A DNA stretch of 64,000 nucleotides from Camelus dromedarius (lineage: Eukaryota). The stretch spans positions 93,622,001 to 93,686,000 of the forward strand of contig NC_087472.1 in NCBI RefSeq assembly GCF_036321535.1, written 5' to 3'. Below the pieces are notes generated by a model that did not search any database, had not been told where the DNA came from, and saw only the letters and a list, made by a program, of their open reading frames with translations. Positions 62,170-64,000 of this stretch are shown piece by piece. Made by a program: the position numbers and the translations under genes. Each line of letters opens with the position of its first letter. Position 1 is the stretch's first letter.

Positions 62170-63745
62170 GTGTCAGCTTAGGAACCCTCTGTCCCCATCA
62201 TTCTTCATCTACTTGGACGATCTGCCTTCGAGGGTGGTGGCCAGGATTTGCCTTTTCCATCTCCCTTCAGGGGTGGTGAGGGCATTTTCTCTTCCAGTGT
62301 CCCTCTTATTTACATATGGTGCACTGATTGGGTCCTAGTTTCCTTGGTTTGTTATCCCTTGTTGTGGACCTGGGGTCACTCACCTGAGTTGAGTGTCTCC
62401 ATAGGCAGTTAGTCCAGATTCCTGTGCCAGCGGGTTGCCATTGGAGGACAACAGCCAGTAGGTGGGCTTGCCTCTGGGCCTTTTTGTCTTCTGACTTTTC
62501 CTTCTCTGTATCTCAGTTTTTAAATACCCAGTAGGCAGTCTTGACCAGGCCAAAGGTAGGGGTATCTGGTTCCATTTCTAGTTTTTGAAGTTTATGTCTA
62601 ATGTTGGGGTCACTTTGGGAAATGAAATATGACCTCAGGATTGCATTCCAAGCAGTTACTCAGGGTCAGTTATAGTATGGATTCAGACGCATTCCCCTGA
62701 GGCACTCTAGGAATGCCAAAGGGTTTTCTGTTGGCTCCTGATTGATTTCCTTTTTCTTATTCTGACAGGTTTCTTTCTTATTCTGACAGGTTTCTTCCCT
62801 GCTGCCTGGATTCCCTTTAGGATTATATTTTTATGATGGGTCATCCTATGTCTTCCACCCCTTTCTCCATTGTCTTGATGGTCCCAATTGGGGCCATTAT
62901 CTGGGATCACTTGATTCCCTGCTCTGAGAATAGAATGGCCTTCATTGCTTCTGTTCTTTTTGTCTGCTTCCTCTCAGGCTTTCGAAAAGGCCATGGCCTT
63001 TTCTTCCCCCATTAGGAGTACATTGAGGGGGCTCTGGCTGTCAGCCCTGGTGGGGTCATGGATCTGAAAGACTCCCCTAATCAGATTCAGCAACCCCTCT
63101 GAATCGTCCCTTAGCCCGTTACTTTGACTTTTTCAGTTACATATATCAGAAGTGGTAAATGGGACATATACCTGAATAAGCCCTCCTTCTCCATCAGGGA
63201 CCTGCCTCAAAGAGAGTACATTTCCTGGTGGGTTGTAGGACCCTGGCTGGTAATTAGTCCTTCTTCGTGTACTTGCTGGACTGGGTTCTGGGGGATGGGG
63301 CTGCTATGGAGGGGGACCCTCAGGCCTGTGGCACAAATCAGGATATATAAAGGAAGAGGGGAGGGAGGGAGCAGTAAAAGGAGGGTTAGGGAGGAGATCA
63401 AGGAGGCCCTCAAGAGGAGGGTCAAGGACTGGTATTGCCTCACTGGAGGAGAGCCCACATCCCTTTTGAAAGCCTTTGTTCTGATAAAAGGCCATAAAAA
63501 ACCGGACACAGGGAATTTCATCCTATTTCTTTTGTCTCTGGCCTAGTCGGTCCAGTTGTAAAATGATGTAATTTAGAGACCCACTGATGGGCCAACTTTC
63601 CCCATTTCCCAGCCAGTATTGTAGCCAGGCTGTATTACATAGGAAAATTAAATGTTTTGGGGTCAGGGTGATACCTGAAAAACTTCCAGTTCTATGAGAT
63701 GCACCCTAACATGCTATCCAGTATGGTGGACATTTGGTTTTCCAT
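62170..63745 (-). pseudogene. gag: Gamma-type gag remnant (MA-CA-NC)
   Basis: ATG at 63745 (MENQMS..LGC); LIFLCNTAWLQY..WPISGSLNY; CA YVPFTTSD; single zinc knuckle NQCTICK*EGHWKRKCP at about 62280-62335. Confidence 0.88.
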
Positions 63746-64000
63746 ATTTTAGATTTTGATTTATTTCCAACTACCAAGGGGGACAGTTGGAGTGATTTCT
63801 TGGCACGCAGTTGCCACAAGATATGACCCAAATAAGATTTCTGGTTTGGGAAATTTGGAACCAACACCAAACTGTTAAAGGATTCCTCAAAAGACCAAAA
63901 TAGGTGTCCAGGTGGCATGGACTCTGATATAACTGGGGATCCCCTTGAATTTGCAACAGCCTGTGCTTGAGATAGTCCCTCCTCATTCAGAATATCCACC

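Larger units (their letters stand above)
60434..64000 (-). mobile_element. Class I (gamma-like, ERV1) provirus internal region, multiply deleted; the 5' LTR lies beyond the window
   Basis: Collinear gag-pro-RT-IN-env remnants on the - strand, ending in a PPT-like aggcagagggggg (60438-60450). Confidence 0.93.

Noticed and set aside
63124..63546. 140-aa + strand ORF
   Set aside because: Antisense shadow of the proline-rich ERV1 gag region.

Overview
AT-rich, repeat-dense mammalian genomic DNA. It is probably camelid, because it carries three tRNA-derived SINEs resembling Vic-1 and I recognised no Alu, B1, Bov-tA or PRE-1 elements. Most of the window is decayed L1, L2, L3, MIR, MaLR/ERVL LTR and hAT sequence, and almost all short ORFs in the ORF track are spurious or are L1/ERV remnants. 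Four things stand out. (1) Two phase-compatible coding exons missed by the ORF track (345-473 and 4659-4830, + strand, then AATAAA at 5120) look like the 3' end of a host gene I cannot name. (2) A 3.87-kb, internally deleted class III (ERV-S-like) provirus lies at 52238-56104, with both LTRs, a 5-bp TSD, a perfect tRNA-Ser PBS and a gamma-type env TM. (3) A multiply deleted class I (gamma-like) ERV lies on the - strand from about 60434 to the window end. (4) A CpG-rich, motif-dense promoter-like island at about 60060-60340 sits exactly where that ERV's 3' LTR should be, making it a candidate LTR co-option. Several atypical retrotransposition products are also visible: a twin-primed L1 inversion, an orphan TSD-flanked insert and a tailless internal L1 fragment. 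Repeat subfamily names come from recalled consensus sequences, not from a search. Boundaries of old repeats are approximate.
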